Notes: generated by a model from the sequence alone, not told the origin. A DNA stretch of 32,000 bases from Dubosiella newyorkensis (GCF_001945605.1 NZ_MPKA01000064.1:6833-38832); one strand, 5' to 3'. Positions 15,744 through 26,488 are shown, numbered from the stretch's first letter. Numbers and translations: made by a program.

Positions 15744-16145
15744 ATGGATATTTTTTGTCAAATCGCACAAGGTTCGATTCCAAGTCATAAGGTGTATGAG
15801 GACGATCAAGTGATCGCGTTTTTCGATATAGCACCTACGAGCTATGGACATACGCTAGTCGTTCCCAAACAGCATTGTGATTCTTTTTTAGATTGTCCGC
15901 CAGAACTACTCAGTCATATGATGGAAGTCGCACAAAAGCTGGCCAATAAGCTGATGGATCATCTCAACTGCGATGGAATCAATATTTTGAGCAACGCCAA
16001 AGAAGCGGCCGGACAAAGCGTTCCGCATTTTCATATCCATTTGATTCCTCGATATGAAGATTCGCCAAAAGATCTTGTCGAGATCCGTTTCCACGAAATC
16101 GAGAAACCAGATTTTGAACAGCTCATCGCCAATCTCAGCCGATAA
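15744..16145 (+). CDS. HIT (histidine triad) family nucleotide hydrolase
   Basis: HFHIHLIP histidine triad. Track ORF trimmed to the ATG at 15744 (SD AAGGAGGGAG). Confidence 0.85.
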   Translation: MDIFCQIAQGSIPSHKVYEDDQVIAFFDIAPTSYGHTLVVPKQHCDSFLDCPPELLSHMMEVAQKLANKLMDHLNCDGINILSNAKEAAGQSVPHFHIHLIPRYEDSPKDLVEIRFHEIEKPDFEQLIANLSR

Positions 16146-16146
16146 T

Positions 16147-16171
16147 AGATGCCACAAGGCATCTTTTTTTA
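16147..16171 (+). terminator. rho-independent terminator after the HIT gene
   Basis: AGATGCC-ACAA-GGCATCT followed by TTTTTTT. Confidence 0.8.
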
Positions 16172-16223
16172 TTTTTGTATTCGCTGAATTATAATTAGAT
16201 CAACCAAAAAGAGGAGGTTTTCT

Positions 16224-16775
16224 ATGAAAAAAAACGCGATCATATTATTAGCCGACGGATTTGAAGAAATCGAAGCCATCACACCATATGATCTGCTCAA
16301 TGAAGCAGGCGTTGAAACAAAACTCATTTCTGTTTCCGACGAAACGAATGTGACAGGAACTAACGGCCTGAAAGTCATTGCGGATGGACTGCTTAAAGAA
16401 ATCGATACCAAAAAAGCCGATTGCTTGATCATTCCAGGAGGCGCTGGCTATCAGATCTTAAAAAAAGAGCAGAGCGTTCTCGATTTGATCCAATCTTTTG
16501 CCAAGCAACCCGATAAAGTCCTAGGAGCGATTTGCGCAGGCAGTTCGATTTTAGGCGAGCTCGGCATTTACCAAGGAAAAAACTATACTTGCGTTCCTGG
16601 CTTGAATGGCGATTTTGGCGGTCACTATGAAAAAGTTCACGCCGTGATCGATGGAAATCTAGTCACAGGAATTTCAGTCGGCGGCGCGATGGAATTTGCC
16701 TACGATCTTGTCGAAGTCCTCTGTTCTAAAGAAAAGAAAGAGGCGCTTGAGCGTCAAACGTGCACGATCGTTTAA
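16224..16775 (+). CDS. DJ-1/PfpI (ThiJ) family protein
   Basis: Nucleophile-elbow Cys in LGAICAGSSILG, with LIIPGGAG upstream. SD AAGAGGAGG. Confidence 0.8.
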   Translation: MKKNAIILLADGFEEIEAITPYDLLNEAGVETKLISVSDETNVTGTNGLKVIADGLLKEIDTKKADCLIIPGGAGYQILKKEQSVLDLIQSFAKQPDKVLGAICAGSSILGELGIYQGKNYTCVPGLNGDFGGHYEKVHAVIDGNLVTGISVGGAMEFAYDLVEVLCSKEKKEALERQTCTIV

Positions 16776-16796
16776 ACGATCACATTTCAATTCACT

Positions 16797-16836
16797 AAAA
16801 AAAGCCATGGATCATCCTAAGTTCCATGACTTTTTT
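16797..16836 (+). terminator. hairpin (GCCATGGA / TCCATGAC) plus T6; terminator for the DJ-1 gene, overlapping the 3' end of the convergent rloB-like gene
   Basis: Seen directly. One mismatch in an 8-bp stem. Flanked by an A-run and a T-run, so possibly bidirectional. Confidence 0.5.
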
Positions 16837-17453
16837 AGAATCGGGGCCCGCATTTCTTCTGGCAAATAGCAAGCCAATTCCAGCACAAGCTCAAATACAT
16901 ACGTGCAAGGCCTTGCTTGGGAAGGCCTTTTCTTTTGTTGTTGGAGGGCGAGCTTTTTCGCGCTTTGTACAGCAAGATGCGGATCGCCGATCTTCAATAC
17001 GATCTCGAAAAGATCCTGTTCCTGTTTTTTGTACGTTAAAAACCCGTGTTTGCGAAAGATCTTTTTTAATAGCCGAATATATTCATCCCGATGAAACAAA
17101 GTTTGATAATAAGAAAAATGCAGCAAGATCCACAACTCGAAGCATTCGTTGCTCCAGGCGCATCGATACGTGTTGCCGCCTTTTCGTTTTTGATCGAGTT
17201 CTTTAACTTTTTGGATCGTTTCATCAAAATTCTTGGCCACAAAATCATCCCGATCGAACACGAGCCAAATATGACTTTGCTTGATCTCATTTTTTCGAAT
17301 ATAGTTTTGCGCGAGCTCCAAGATCCTCAGCGTTTCTTTTCCTAGTCCAAAGCAGTTGATCTTCACTTGTTCTGGATCGGCATATCGAACAAATCCTTCA
17401 AAATAATTGGGCTCCGTCTTTTTCCCTTCGCAAAAAATATAATACGTTTCCAT
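16812..17453 (-). CDS. RloB-like protein (TOPRIM/OLD-type nuclease-like domain)
   Basis: N-terminal YYIFCEGKKTEPNYFEGF, WLVFDRDDF, WSNECFELWILLHF: the characteristic RloB-family strings. Confidence 0.75.
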   Translation of the reverse strand: METYYIFCEGKKTEPNYFEGFVRYADPEQVKINCFGLGKETLRILELAQNYIRKNEIKQSHIWLVFDRDDFVAKNFDETIQKVKELDQKRKGGNTYRCAWSNECFELWILLHFSYYQTLFHRDEYIRLLKKIFRKHGFLTYKKQEQDLFEIVLKIGDPHLAVQSAKKLALQQQKKRPSQARPCTYVFELVLELACYLPEEMRAPILKKSWNLG

Positions 17454-17456
17454 GGA

Positions 17457-18287
17457 CTATTGCGGCATTCGTTCAGAATTCAGCTCCATATGGACGCTTC
17501 CTTCTTCGATCGTATATTGTGAGCCATAGACCCGTTCGATATAACTTCCATAATCCGCGCTCGCTTGCTCCGCTTCTGACATATACGCTTTTTCACCATA
17601 AATGTTTCGAGCCAAGATTTGCTCGCTTTCATTGATATCGGGAACAAGCACCATATAATAGATCGTCTTCTCTTCTCCATCTTCATTGGCTTTGATTTGA
17701 AACAAACCAATGAACTTATCGCTGTTGTCGATACTGTTGGACTTTAAAAAAGCGAAGTAGACGAGCTTTTGCTCAACGATCGAGCCGTTCGATTCAAAAT
17801 TGAGGGCGTCATAGCTCAGCACCTCTTTTTTATGCGAACCGAGATACGAATCCATCGCTTCTTGCACTTTGAGCAAAAAGGAGCGATTCATCTCTTGGAT
17901 CGAATCGATTCGATTTGGCAGTCCTTCGACAATAACTTCTTTATCAGGATTTACGATCTGAAAATGATATTGCTGCGCGAGAGCCTCGTCATAATGCGAC
18001 TGGATATGGAGGACATCTCCATTGGATAAAGCTTCGTTGGGCTCGATCGTATAGGTGAGCGTATCATAAAACTCTTGGATCCTTTGATTGAGATCTTCTT
18101 CTCCTGATTTTGCCTCGACACTCGCCCTGCCATTTTCCCCTGAATAATACAGACGGATGTTCTTTGTGACATCGAGCTCGATCGTCCGCAAGAAAAAGAA
18201 GTACGCCACTAAGATCAGCCCGACGCACATCAACAGCAAGGAAACTAAATAAATCGCTTTACTTTTGATCGTTTCTTTGGAAATCAT
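17457..18287 (-). CDS. N-terminally membrane-anchored protein (276 aa), unknown function
   Basis: Single TM (AIYLVSLLLMCVGLILVAYFFFL) followed by a ~240-aa soluble domain. SD AGGAG 8 nt upstream. The stop lies 3 nt before the rloB-like start. Confidence 0.6.
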   Translation of the reverse strand: MISKETIKSKAIYLVSLLLMCVGLILVAYFFFLRTIELDVTKNIRLYYSGENGRASVEAKSGEEDLNQRIQEFYDTLTYTIEPNEALSNGDVLHIQSHYDEALAQQYHFQIVNPDKEVIVEGLPNRIDSIQEMNRSFLLKVQEAMDSYLGSHKKEVLSYDALNFESNGSIVEQKLVYFAFLKSNSIDNSDKFIGLFQIKANEDGEEKTIYYMVLVPDINESEQILARNIYGEKAYMSEAEQASADYGSYIERVYGSQYTIEEGSVHMELNSERMPQ

Positions 18288-18298
18288 ACTCTCATCTC

Positions 18299-20275
18299 CT
18301 AATCAAAATATCGTGCATTTTTTATAGACCGTTCCACATAATCGAGCATCGGCTTGTCGACCTTGGCCTGCAAGATCTCTTTCGCGTCTTGCACACAGAC
18401 TTCCATGATCGCAGGATCTTTTTCAAAATCGCCAAGGATGAAAGTCGGCAAGCCCGATTGACGCGTTCCTAGCAAGTCACCTGGCCCACGAGATTGTAGA
18501 TCATAAGCCGAGATCGCAAACCCATCATTCAGGCTCTCTAGCTTCTTCAAACGCTCGATCGCTTCTGGATCCTTCGTTTTCGACAACAAAAAACAAACCC
18601 CTTGTTCTTTGCCTCTCGCGCTTCTTCCCCGAAGCTGATGGAGCGTGGACAAGCCAAAGCGGTGGGCGTCATAAATGACCATCATCGTCGCGTTAGGAAC
18701 ATCGATCCCTACCTCGATGACGGTCGTCGAGACGAGCAGATCGATCTCATGATCCGCAAAACGCTGCATGATCTCCTCTTTCTCTTCCGCCTTCATCCGT
18801 CCATGCAATAAAGCCACCCGATATTTTGAAGGTAGCGTTTTGAGCATGCCTTCATACACTGTCGTGACTGATTTTAGATTCGTCTCTAAATTCTCGTCGA
18901 TCATCGGACACACCACATAGCACTGCCTTCCCGTATCGATCCCCGAAAGGATCTCTTTCAAGATCGGTTTCATGCTTGAAGTAGGCACATACTTTGTCTT
19001 GACCGGCTTTCTGCCTGGCGGCATCGTCTTGATCGATGAAAGTCGGATATCTCCATACAAAAAGTGGGCATACGTTCTTGGAATCGGCGTAGCGGACATC
19101 ATCAAAAAGTCGACATTCGCTCCTTTTTCCAACAGCGCCCTTCGCTGATTGACCCCAAAGCGCTGCTGTTCGTCCGTCACGACAAGTCCAAGATTTTCAA
19201 AATTGACTTTTTCTTGAAACAAAGCGTGCGTGCCAACGACCATCCGAACATCTCCCGACTCCAAGCCAGAAAGGACTTCTTTTTTTTCTTTGGCCGGCAA
19301 AGAAGAGACGAGAAGCTTGATCGGAAGACCGAGCTTTTGCATCGTGGCATAGTGCTGACGAGCCAAGATCTCGGTAGGCGCAAGAAAAGCGCTTTGATAT
19401 CCTGCTAGATCGCATGCCATGATCGAAAACATGCCTACAACCGTTTTCCCGCTTCCAACATCCCCTTGCACCATACGGTACATGATAGTGTCTGATCTAA
19501 GATCGCGGATCACATCCTGTATTGCTTTATTTTGATCTTCCGTGAGCGGAAAAGGAAGCGAATCGATCTTTTCCTGGATCACGCTTTCATCGAACACTTT
19601 CGCTTCTTTGCCAATATTTTGTACTTGCTGGCCTTGCACACAGCATTGAAAACATAAAAACTCCTCATACTTCAAAGTCCGGATCGCTTGATGCAGTTGC
19701 GCAAAGGAGCGTGGAAAATGGATCCATTCATACGCTTGCTTTTGTGAAAGGAGCCGATACTTTTCTCGATATCTTTGCGGGATCAGATCCGGGATCTCGT
19801 CGACTTTTTTCAAAGCTGCTTTGATGCTCGCGCTCATATCGCTTGGCTTCATCGCTTTGCTCAGCGAATAAACAGGCTTCAATCCTGTTTGCTCTCGAAG
19901 CGGCTTTAAATTGTAGTTGCTGGCAACAAGCTTGTTGTTGCCTTGATAATGGCCAAAAAGCGTGATCGGATTTCCAAATTGAAACTGCGAGATCCAAGGC
20001 CGATTGAATAAACTCACTTCGATCTCTTCATTCCACGCGATGATCCGAAACTTGACCATAGAACGGTTTTTTCCAAGACGGATCAATGTGGGCTTGGAGG
20101 CGATCAAGCCTTCGACAGCGACCATTTCATTAACCTCCCATTTATCGAAAGGGATCGCTTGAATATCCTCGTAGCGGAACGGATACGTTTTGAGCAGGTC
20201 TTCCACCGTATGGATATTCATCTTTGTCAAAAGGCCAAACCGCCTAGCGGTGAGCTTGAGTTCGCTTAGTTCCAT
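18299..20275 (-). CDS. recG: ATP-dependent DNA helicase RecG
   Basis: GDVGSGKT, DEQQRFG, QLRGRSARG. N-terminal wedge domain with LLKTYPFRYED. Start taken at the ATG at 20275 (MELSELKL...); starts at 20281 or 20308 are also possible. Confidence 0.9.
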   Translation of the reverse strand: MELSELKLTARRFGLLTKMNIHTVEDLLKTYPFRYEDIQAIPFDKWEVNEMVAVEGLIASKPTLIRLGKNRSMVKFRIIAWNEEIEVSLFNRPWISQFQFGNPITLFGHYQGNNKLVASNYNLKPLREQTGLKPVYSLSKAMKPSDMSASIKAALKKVDEIPDLIPQRYREKYRLLSQKQAYEWIHFPRSFAQLHQAIRTLKYEEFLCFQCCVQGQQVQNIGKEAKVFDESVIQEKIDSLPFPLTEDQNKAIQDVIRDLRSDTIMYRMVQGDVGSGKTVVGMFSIMACDLAGYQSAFLAPTEILARQHYATMQKLGLPIKLLVSSLPAKEKKEVLSGLESGDVRMVVGTHALFQEKVNFENLGLVVTDEQQRFGVNQRRALLEKGANVDFLMMSATPIPRTYAHFLYGDIRLSSIKTMPPGRKPVKTKYVPTSSMKPILKEILSGIDTGRQCYVVCPMIDENLETNLKSVTTVYEGMLKTLPSKYRVALLHGRMKAEEKEEIMQRFADHEIDLLVSTTVIEVGIDVPNATMMVIYDAHRFGLSTLHQLRGRSARGKEQGVCFLLSKTKDPEAIERLKKLESLNDGFAISAYDLQSRGPGDLLGTRQSGLPTFILGDFEKDPAIMEVCVQDAKEILQAKVDKPMLDYVERSIKNARYFD

Positions 20276-21059
20276 AGGCATTACACTTCTCTTGAATGAA
20301 GGCGACAAAGTTGAGCTCTAAATACGCGTATAAAAAACCAATCATAAATAAGAAAAAAAGGATCATGAACATTTGCCCGAGCGGAAGGTTGGCCGCCATC
20401 GCCAAAAAAAGACTCATCATCCAAGAAAACATCGGATTGCCCACGTATAAAAGAGAATGCACGATCACAGGCACATTAAATCCACCCGCTAAAGAAAGCG
20501 TCCCTCCACTGAGCGTATCGATCGCCATCATGAACAACAACATAGCGCAATACATATTCAAGATCACTTTATAATGCGCTTTGAAGACCCCAAAAATATA
20601 GGTCTTGATCTCTTGAAAGCTCCGTTTTCCCATAAACAACGCATAATAATACACAAGCTGGAATGGGATCATAAAGATCAAGAAAAAGACGGAAACTAGC
20701 TGCATGAACACCATGAGCCACATTTGATTTTGTTCGATCGCGACTAGGGCGAGAGGAATCAAAAGCGCAGAGACTAGCAAGATATAGATCCCCTGCAAGA
20801 TCAAGACGCGCAAAAGAGTGCCAAAATCTAGTTTTTCTTTCTGACTCGTCCAAACTTTCGTACAGATCCAATACATTCCGATCGAAGACAGTAAAGACAA
20901 CACGACCTGGATAGCGTAGACACTGCGCGAAGAAAGTTGCGAAGAATACGTAAATAGATAGACTAAATTGTATAAAAAAGACAAAACGATCGTCCAGATC
21001 AGCGCCTTCCAGATCGAGTAGATGTGAAAATGCGAAAAAAACGACTGCATATTTTTCAT
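20244..21059 (-). CDS. polytopic membrane protein (271 aa), unknown function
   Basis: Track ORF. SD AAGGAG 7 nt upstream. About 7-8 TM segments. Its 3' end overlaps the recG start. Confidence 0.6.
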   Translation of the reverse strand: MKNMQSFFSHFHIYSIWKALIWTIVLSFLYNLVYLFTYSSQLSSRSVYAIQVVLSLLSSIGMYWICTKVWTSQKEKLDFGTLLRVLILQGIYILLVSALLIPLALVAIEQNQMWLMVFMQLVSVFFLIFMIPFQLVYYYALFMGKRSFQEIKTYIFGVFKAHYKVILNMYCAMLLFMMAIDTLSGGTLSLAGGFNVPVIVHSLLYVGNPMFSWMMSLFLAMAANLPLGQMFMILFFLFMIGFLYAYLELNFVAFIQEKCNAYGTKRTQAHR

Positions 21060-21087
21060 AAAAATCTCCTTATTTCTTTATTTTACC

Positions 21088-21840
21088 TCACTTTCTTTTT
21101 CCAAGCAAAAGAGCGAACGAATCGTATTGATGCCCGATGCTCAGATCGATCTCGATCGGCTTTGGACAATAACGCTTCGCGATCTGAAGAAGCGTGTTTT
21201 CATTGTTGTAGTGCAAGAATTCGCTGAAATTCCCTAAAATCAGCCGATCGATCTGCTCAAAAACGCCCATTTCAGCCAATTGCGCAAAATAGCTTTCGAT
21301 CCTTTCCTGCTTGCCTGAATAGCTTTCTAAAAAAAGATGACCTCCATGCACGTCTGGAAAATAAGGCGTTCCTGCCAACTTTAAAAAGCAGCGCACATTT
21401 CCTCCTACCAGACGATCAGAATATTTGATCAGATCCTCGTTTTTATGAAATAAAAAATCGAGCAGCTCTTTGCTTTTTCCATGATTGCAAATCTGATAGA
21501 GAATCGTTTCTTTATAAGGAAGCAGCGCGTTGAGAACGCAAGTCACATCGCTATATCCCATAAAGATCGTGCGCGAATTTTTATAAGCGGCAAGATCCAA
21601 ATACGGAAGTGTCGTATTCGCAAGATCTCCGCCCGATACATCGCAAATATAATCGAATGTATCTTCTTTGATCCAAGCGTTGAATACATCTGCCTTTTCT
21701 TTAGGAGAAGCGAGCGGATCGTACAAGTGTTTGGAGACGCTGACTTGGATCGAGTGGCGCTGAAGAAAATCGATCGTTTCCGTGATCGGGTACGAGAGAG
21801 CGTTGGATAAATTCAATAAACCAATTTTTAGAGTTTTCAT
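21088..21840 (-). CDS. LD-carboxypeptidase-like protein (peptidase S66), short form
   Basis: GYSDVT nucleophile-Ser motif and C-terminal SIGHQ histidine context. 250 aa, against roughly 300 aa typical. Confidence 0.6.
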   Translation of the reverse strand: MKTLKIGLLNLSNALSYPITETIDFLQRHSIQVSVSKHLYDPLASPKEKADVFNAWIKEDTFDYICDVSGGDLANTTLPYLDLAAYKNSRTIFMGYSDVTCVLNALLPYKETILYQICNHGKSKELLDFLFHKNEDLIKYSDRLVGGNVRCFLKLAGTPYFPDVHGGHLFLESYSGKQERIESYFAQLAEMGVFEQIDRLILGNFSEFLHYNNENTLLQIAKRYCPKPIEIDLSIGHQYDSFALLLGKRK

Positions 21841-21899
21841 ATATTTTTCCTTCTTTTTCTCTATAATTATAAACGTAAAACAGAAAGGAGTCTTTGAGG

Positions 21900-22961
21900 A
21901 TGAGTAATGACTTTCAAAAGACAGTGATCAAATTTTCGAACGCCTTTGGCCCTAGCGGCATGGAAGAAGAGGTCCAATCGATCGTCAAGGAACGCTTTAC
22001 GATCGAGACGGATACGATCCAAAATACGTTCGTATTTTTGAACGAGAAAGAAGGCCTTCCGACTTTGCTTCTAGACGCCCATGCAGATGAGGTCGGATTT
22101 ATGGTCCAATCGATTTTAGAAAATGGACGGTTGAGTTTTTTGCCTATTGGAGGGTGGGATCCGAGCAATATCGTATCGTGTCCGGTAAAGATCAAAACCA
22201 AAAAAGGCTTTGTATCCGGAATCGTCGCGAGCATTCCTCCCCACTTTATGCGCGAAGATCAAAAAGGGCGCAAGATCGATTTTGACGATCTAGTGATCGA
22301 TGTTGGAACGAGCTATAAAGAAGAGAGCATCGCTCTAGGCATCGAGCCTGGAGATTTTATCGTGCCCGATGTTCAATGTGACTATATTCCTAGTCTTCAA
22401 GTATTCAAAGGCAAGGCGTTCGATTGCCGCATCGGATGCGCCGCCCTTTTCGAAACATTAAAGATCTTAGAGAATAAGGAGCTTCCTGTAAATGTGATCG
22501 GTTTGTTTTCAGCCCAAGAAGAAGTGGGAGAACGTGGCATAGAATGCGCGCTTCAAAAGATCCATCCCCAGCTAGCGATCTGTTTTGAAGGATGTCCTAG
22601 CGATGATACATTTGAAGCAAAAGACAAGATCCAGTCCGCGATGGCTAAAGGCGTGATGCTTCGGGCGATGGATCGCAGCATGATCACGCATCCAAAATGG
22701 CAACGCTACGCTCTTGAGACCGCGAAGAAATACGATATTCCTTATCAAGTCGCTGTACGCAAAGGGGGCGGAACGAATGGAGGCATCTTGCATGTTCATG
22801 ATATTCCCACGATCGTCATCGGGATTCCAGTCCGGTATGCGCACGCGAGCGTAGGCTTTTGCTCCGAAAAAGATCTCGAGGGAGCGATCGAGCTCGCTTG
22901 TCAGATTGCATTGAGCCTCGATAGAAAAGCGCTTCAAGCACTAGGCGTACTTCCCGACTAG
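21900..22961 (+). CDS. M42 family metallopeptidase (glutamyl aminopeptidase / FrvX-CelM-like)
   Basis: LLDAHADEVGFMV, SAQEEVGERG, RYAHAS. Start set at the ATG at 21900 (SD AAAGGAG 9 nt upstream) rather than the TTG at 21894. Confidence 0.85.
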   Translation: MSNDFQKTVIKFSNAFGPSGMEEEVQSIVKERFTIETDTIQNTFVFLNEKEGLPTLLLDAHADEVGFMVQSILENGRLSFLPIGGWDPSNIVSCPVKIKTKKGFVSGIVASIPPHFMREDQKGRKIDFDDLVIDVGTSYKEESIALGIEPGDFIVPDVQCDYIPSLQVFKGKAFDCRIGCAALFETLKILENKELPVNVIGLFSAQEEVGERGIECALQKIHPQLAICFEGCPSDDTFEAKDKIQSAMAKGVMLRAMDRSMITHPKWQRYALETAKKYDIPYQVAVRKGGGTNGGILHVHDIPTIVIGIPVRYAHASVGFCSEKDLEGAIELACQIALSLDRKALQALGVLPD

Positions 22962-22995
22962 AATCATGGTATGATGCTCGAAAAGGAGGAATAGG

Positions 22996-23481
22996 ATGAA
23001 AAAGAAAAAAGTTGTCATCAAAATGAAAGATGGGAAAGAAATGGTTGGAGAATTATATCCAGAAATTGCTCCAAAAACAGTCGAAAACTTTGAAAAGCTC
23101 GCCAATGAAGGCTTCTATGATGGTTTGACGTTCCATCGGATCATTCCTGGATTCATGATCCAAGGCGGTGATCCAAAAGGAAATGGTACTGGCGGTCCTG
23201 GCTATACGATTCCTGGCGAATTCAATTCGAATGGTTTTAAAAACGATTTGAAGCATACTCGCGGCATCTTATCGATGGCTAGAGCGATGGATCCAAACTC
23301 CGCAGGCAGTCAATTCTTTATCATGCATGCAGACGCCCCTCATCTCGATGGGGATTATGCTGGTTTTGGCTTGATCACAGAAGGCTTAGATGAACTTGAT
23401 GCGATCGCAGGCACGCCAACAGATTGGCAAGATCGTCCAAAAAAGCCTCAAGTGATCGAATCGATCCGGGTCGAGGACTAA
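22996..23481 (+). CDS. ppiB: cyclophilin-type peptidyl-prolyl cis-trans isomerase
   Basis: [32 protein letters not shown]. Confidence 0.9.
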   Translation: MKKKKVVIKMKDGKEMVGELYPEIAPKTVENFEKLANEGFYDGLTFHRIIPGFMIQGGDPKGNGTGGPGYTIPGEFNSNGFKNDLKHTRGILSMARAMDPNSAGSQFFIMHADAPHLDGDYAGFGLITEGLDELDAIAGTPTDWQDRPKKPQVIESIRVED

Positions 23482-23910
23482 ATGAATCAAGAAGAGCTTA
23501 AATCCAAACTGAGCCCTGAGCAGTTCGAAGTCACTCAGCATGGGGCTACCGAACGCCCATTTACTGGAGAATACAACGATCATTTTGAAAAAGGGATCTA
23601 TGTCGATGTCGTCGATGGTTCCCCGCTCTTTGTATCGAGCGATAAATTCGAATCGGGCTGTGGCTGGCCTGCTTTTTCAAAACCGATCGATCAAGACGCA
23701 TTGATCGGTCTTGAAGATCGAAGCCATGGCATGCATCGAATCGAAGTGCGAAGCAAGCGCGCCGATTCGCATTTAGGGCATGTGTTCAATGATGGTCCTA
23801 AAGAGTCGGGTGGTCTTCGCTTCTGTATCAATTCAGCGGCCTTGCGCTTTATTCCTCTAGATCAAATGGAACAAGAAGGGTATGGAAAATATATCCCGCT
23901 CGTGAAATAA
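23482..23910 (+). CDS. msrB: peptide-methionine (R)-S-oxide reductase MsrB
   Basis: [22 protein letters not shown] (catalytic Cys). The start abuts the ppiB stop. Confidence 0.9.
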   Translation: MNQEELKSKLSPEQFEVTQHGATERPFTGEYNDHFEKGIYVDVVDGSPLFVSSDKFESGCGWPAFSKPIDQDALIGLEDRSHGMHRIEVRSKRADSHLGHVFNDGPKESGGLRFCINSAALRFIPLDQMEQEGYGKYIPLVK

Positions 23911-23915
23911 AAACG

Positions 23916-24398
23916 ATGAAAGAAGTGATCGAGGCGATCCGTCAAGTCAATCAAGAACGCGACTGGGATCAATTTCATACGCCCGAAAATCTAGCCAAAT
24001 CGATCGTGATCGAGGCGGCCGAGCTTTTGGAGTGTTTCCAATGGAAAAGCGATTATGACTCAAAACAAGAGGTGGAAGAAGAGATCGCAGACGTTTTATC
24101 GTATTGTTTGCAGTTGTGCGATGTCTTAGATCTCGATCCAAGAGAGATCGTCCTTAAAAAGCTCGAAAAAACGGTCCATTTTTATATGAACCGTTTTTTT
24201 ATTGCTCGTTTTTTTGTTGATTCCGATACGCTTCTTCCCACTCGGTCGGGACGCTTGAATCGACACCTTGTTCTAAGACGCTTGCGTGTTCGAGCGTTTC
24301 GAAAATCAAAAACAACATATATTGATCAAATGTCAAACCAAGAGAATTGGCTTTCTCTTTTAAAAATTGGACGTGGAATTGTTCTTCGCTCATCATAA
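23916..24398 (+). CDS. MazG-like nucleotide pyrophosphohydrolase. Recognisable domain is ~aa 1-85; the last ~70 codons read through a terminator and antisense to the next gene
   Basis: ENLAKSIVIEAAELLECFQW...EEEIADVLSYCLQLCDVLDLD is a MazG/DCTPP1-like EExxE/D helix pair. After KKLEKT (~24175) the sequence becomes low-complexity, basic and Phe-rich. Confidence 0.6.
   Translation: MKEVIEAIRQVNQERDWDQFHTPENLAKSIVIEAAELLECFQWKSDYDSKQEVEEEIADVLSYCLQLCDVLDLDPREIVLKKLEKTVHFYMNRFFIARFFVDSDTLLPTRSGRLNRHLVLRRLRVRAFRKSKTTYIDQMSNQENWLSLLKIGRGIVLRSS
24166..24200. terminator. bidirectional rho-independent terminator (A6-ACGGTcCAT-loop-ATGaACCGT-T7)
   Basis: Seen directly. Lies immediately after the stop (24199) of the minus-strand small gene, and inside the extended mazG-like ORF. 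Confidence 0.7.
24199..24396 (-). CDS. small acidic protein (~65 aa), unknown function
   Basis: Track ORF 24199..24405. SD AAAGGAG 9-12 nt upstream of the ATG ATG at 24396/24393 (MMSEEQFHVQFLKEKANSLGLTFDQYM...). Followed directly by the terminator. Confidence 0.55.
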   Translation of the reverse strand: MMSEEQFHVQFLKEKANSLGLTFDQYMLFLIFETLEHASVLEQGVDSSVPTEWEEAYRNQQKNEQ

Positions 24399-24467
24399 GT
24401 AGCATATCTCCTTTAATGGCTATACAGTACCTAAATCGATTTCAAAATGCGAACCGTTTGCCTGCCA

Positions 24468-25439
24468 TTATTTATAGACCGCCCACGCGTAGCTCGTTTC
24501 TGAAAGGACCGTGTTCTTGTCCCAATTCCGCGTGTTTTTATTCGAGTTCGGATCAAGCACGTGATATTCTCCATTCTCGAGCGCGTTGACGACGATAAAG
24601 TGACCGACCCGGGTAAAATGGCCTGGCGCTACAGAAAGAAGCAGCGTCTTGCCTTGCGAAAGCGTCTCGTCAAAGGAAGCCTCGCTGATCGGAATGCTTT
24701 CAATATGAATGCCATATTGGCTGGCCGCCGCGTCAAGAAGCGCATGCGAAGTCCCTACACCATCCACAAAATAGCCATTGTCTTGCGAAAATTTAGCGAG
24801 CGCGTAAGGGGTGATAGAGGGATCTTGATTCAAATAAGAAAAGATCATCGCCAAACTTGTCGGCGCGCATCCTGCGAACACGATATTCGAGCTTCCATAT
24901 GGAAGATAGCCCCACCTCTCGTCCCATTGCAGAAGGTGAGGCATCGAATCCAGCGATTCTGTCAAGTTTCCTGGTTCTGGCGTATGGCCATTCAATGTGT
25001 GGTATTTTTCGACAAAAGGAAGACGGTCGGTATCGCGGCTTAAAAAGACAAGATAATCATCGGCAAGTTCTTGATCGTCATATAGCTTTTTATAACGAAG
25101 TCCATCTGTGGCTGGATCGAGTTTTGTATAGCGGGCAAGATCTTCTTTCGAGATCCAATTCTTGTTTTTCGTTTCTTCGATTCCTTCATACGCGTTTGCG
25201 TTGTCGCTTTTCGCCGCCGCTTTTAAGGCGTCGAACGCTTCCGCATCCAGGTTGCGGGTATTTTGCCAATTCTCGATTTCATCGAGCGTTTTTTGGCGCT
25301 GATGTTCGATGACTGTCAGTTCTTCTTTCCGGTTTGTTTTCGTTGTCTGTACGCCCCAATACACTAAGCCAGCCTGGATAAGGACGAGGACTAGGATCAA
25401 GACGACAAGTCTTCTTTTTTTGATTCTTCTTTTTCGCAT
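24468..25439 (-). CDS. membrane-anchored C39-like (papain-fold) cysteine peptidase domain protein
   Basis: N-terminal TM (LVVLILVLVLIQAGLVYWGV). DERWGYLPYGSSNIVFAGCAPTSLAMIFSYL gives the Cys nucleophile context. GHFIVVNALENGEYHVLDPN gives the His context. Confidence 0.7.
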   Translation of the reverse strand: MRKRRIKKRRLVVLILVLVLIQAGLVYWGVQTTKTNRKEELTVIEHQRQKTLDEIENWQNTRNLDAEAFDALKAAAKSDNANAYEGIEETKNKNWISKEDLARYTKLDPATDGLRYKKLYDDQELADDYLVFLSRDTDRLPFVEKYHTLNGHTPEPGNLTESLDSMPHLLQWDERWGYLPYGSSNIVFAGCAPTSLAMIFSYLNQDPSITPYALAKFSQDNGYFVDGVGTSHALLDAAASQYGIHIESIPISEASFDETLSQGKTLLLSVAPGHFTRVGHFIVVNALENGEYHVLDPNSNKNTRNWDKNTVLSETSYAWAVYK

Positions 25440-25451
25440 AGATTTCCTTCT

Positions 25452-26471
<1,020 letters not shown>

Positions 26472-26488
26472 TTAATTTACTTCATAAT

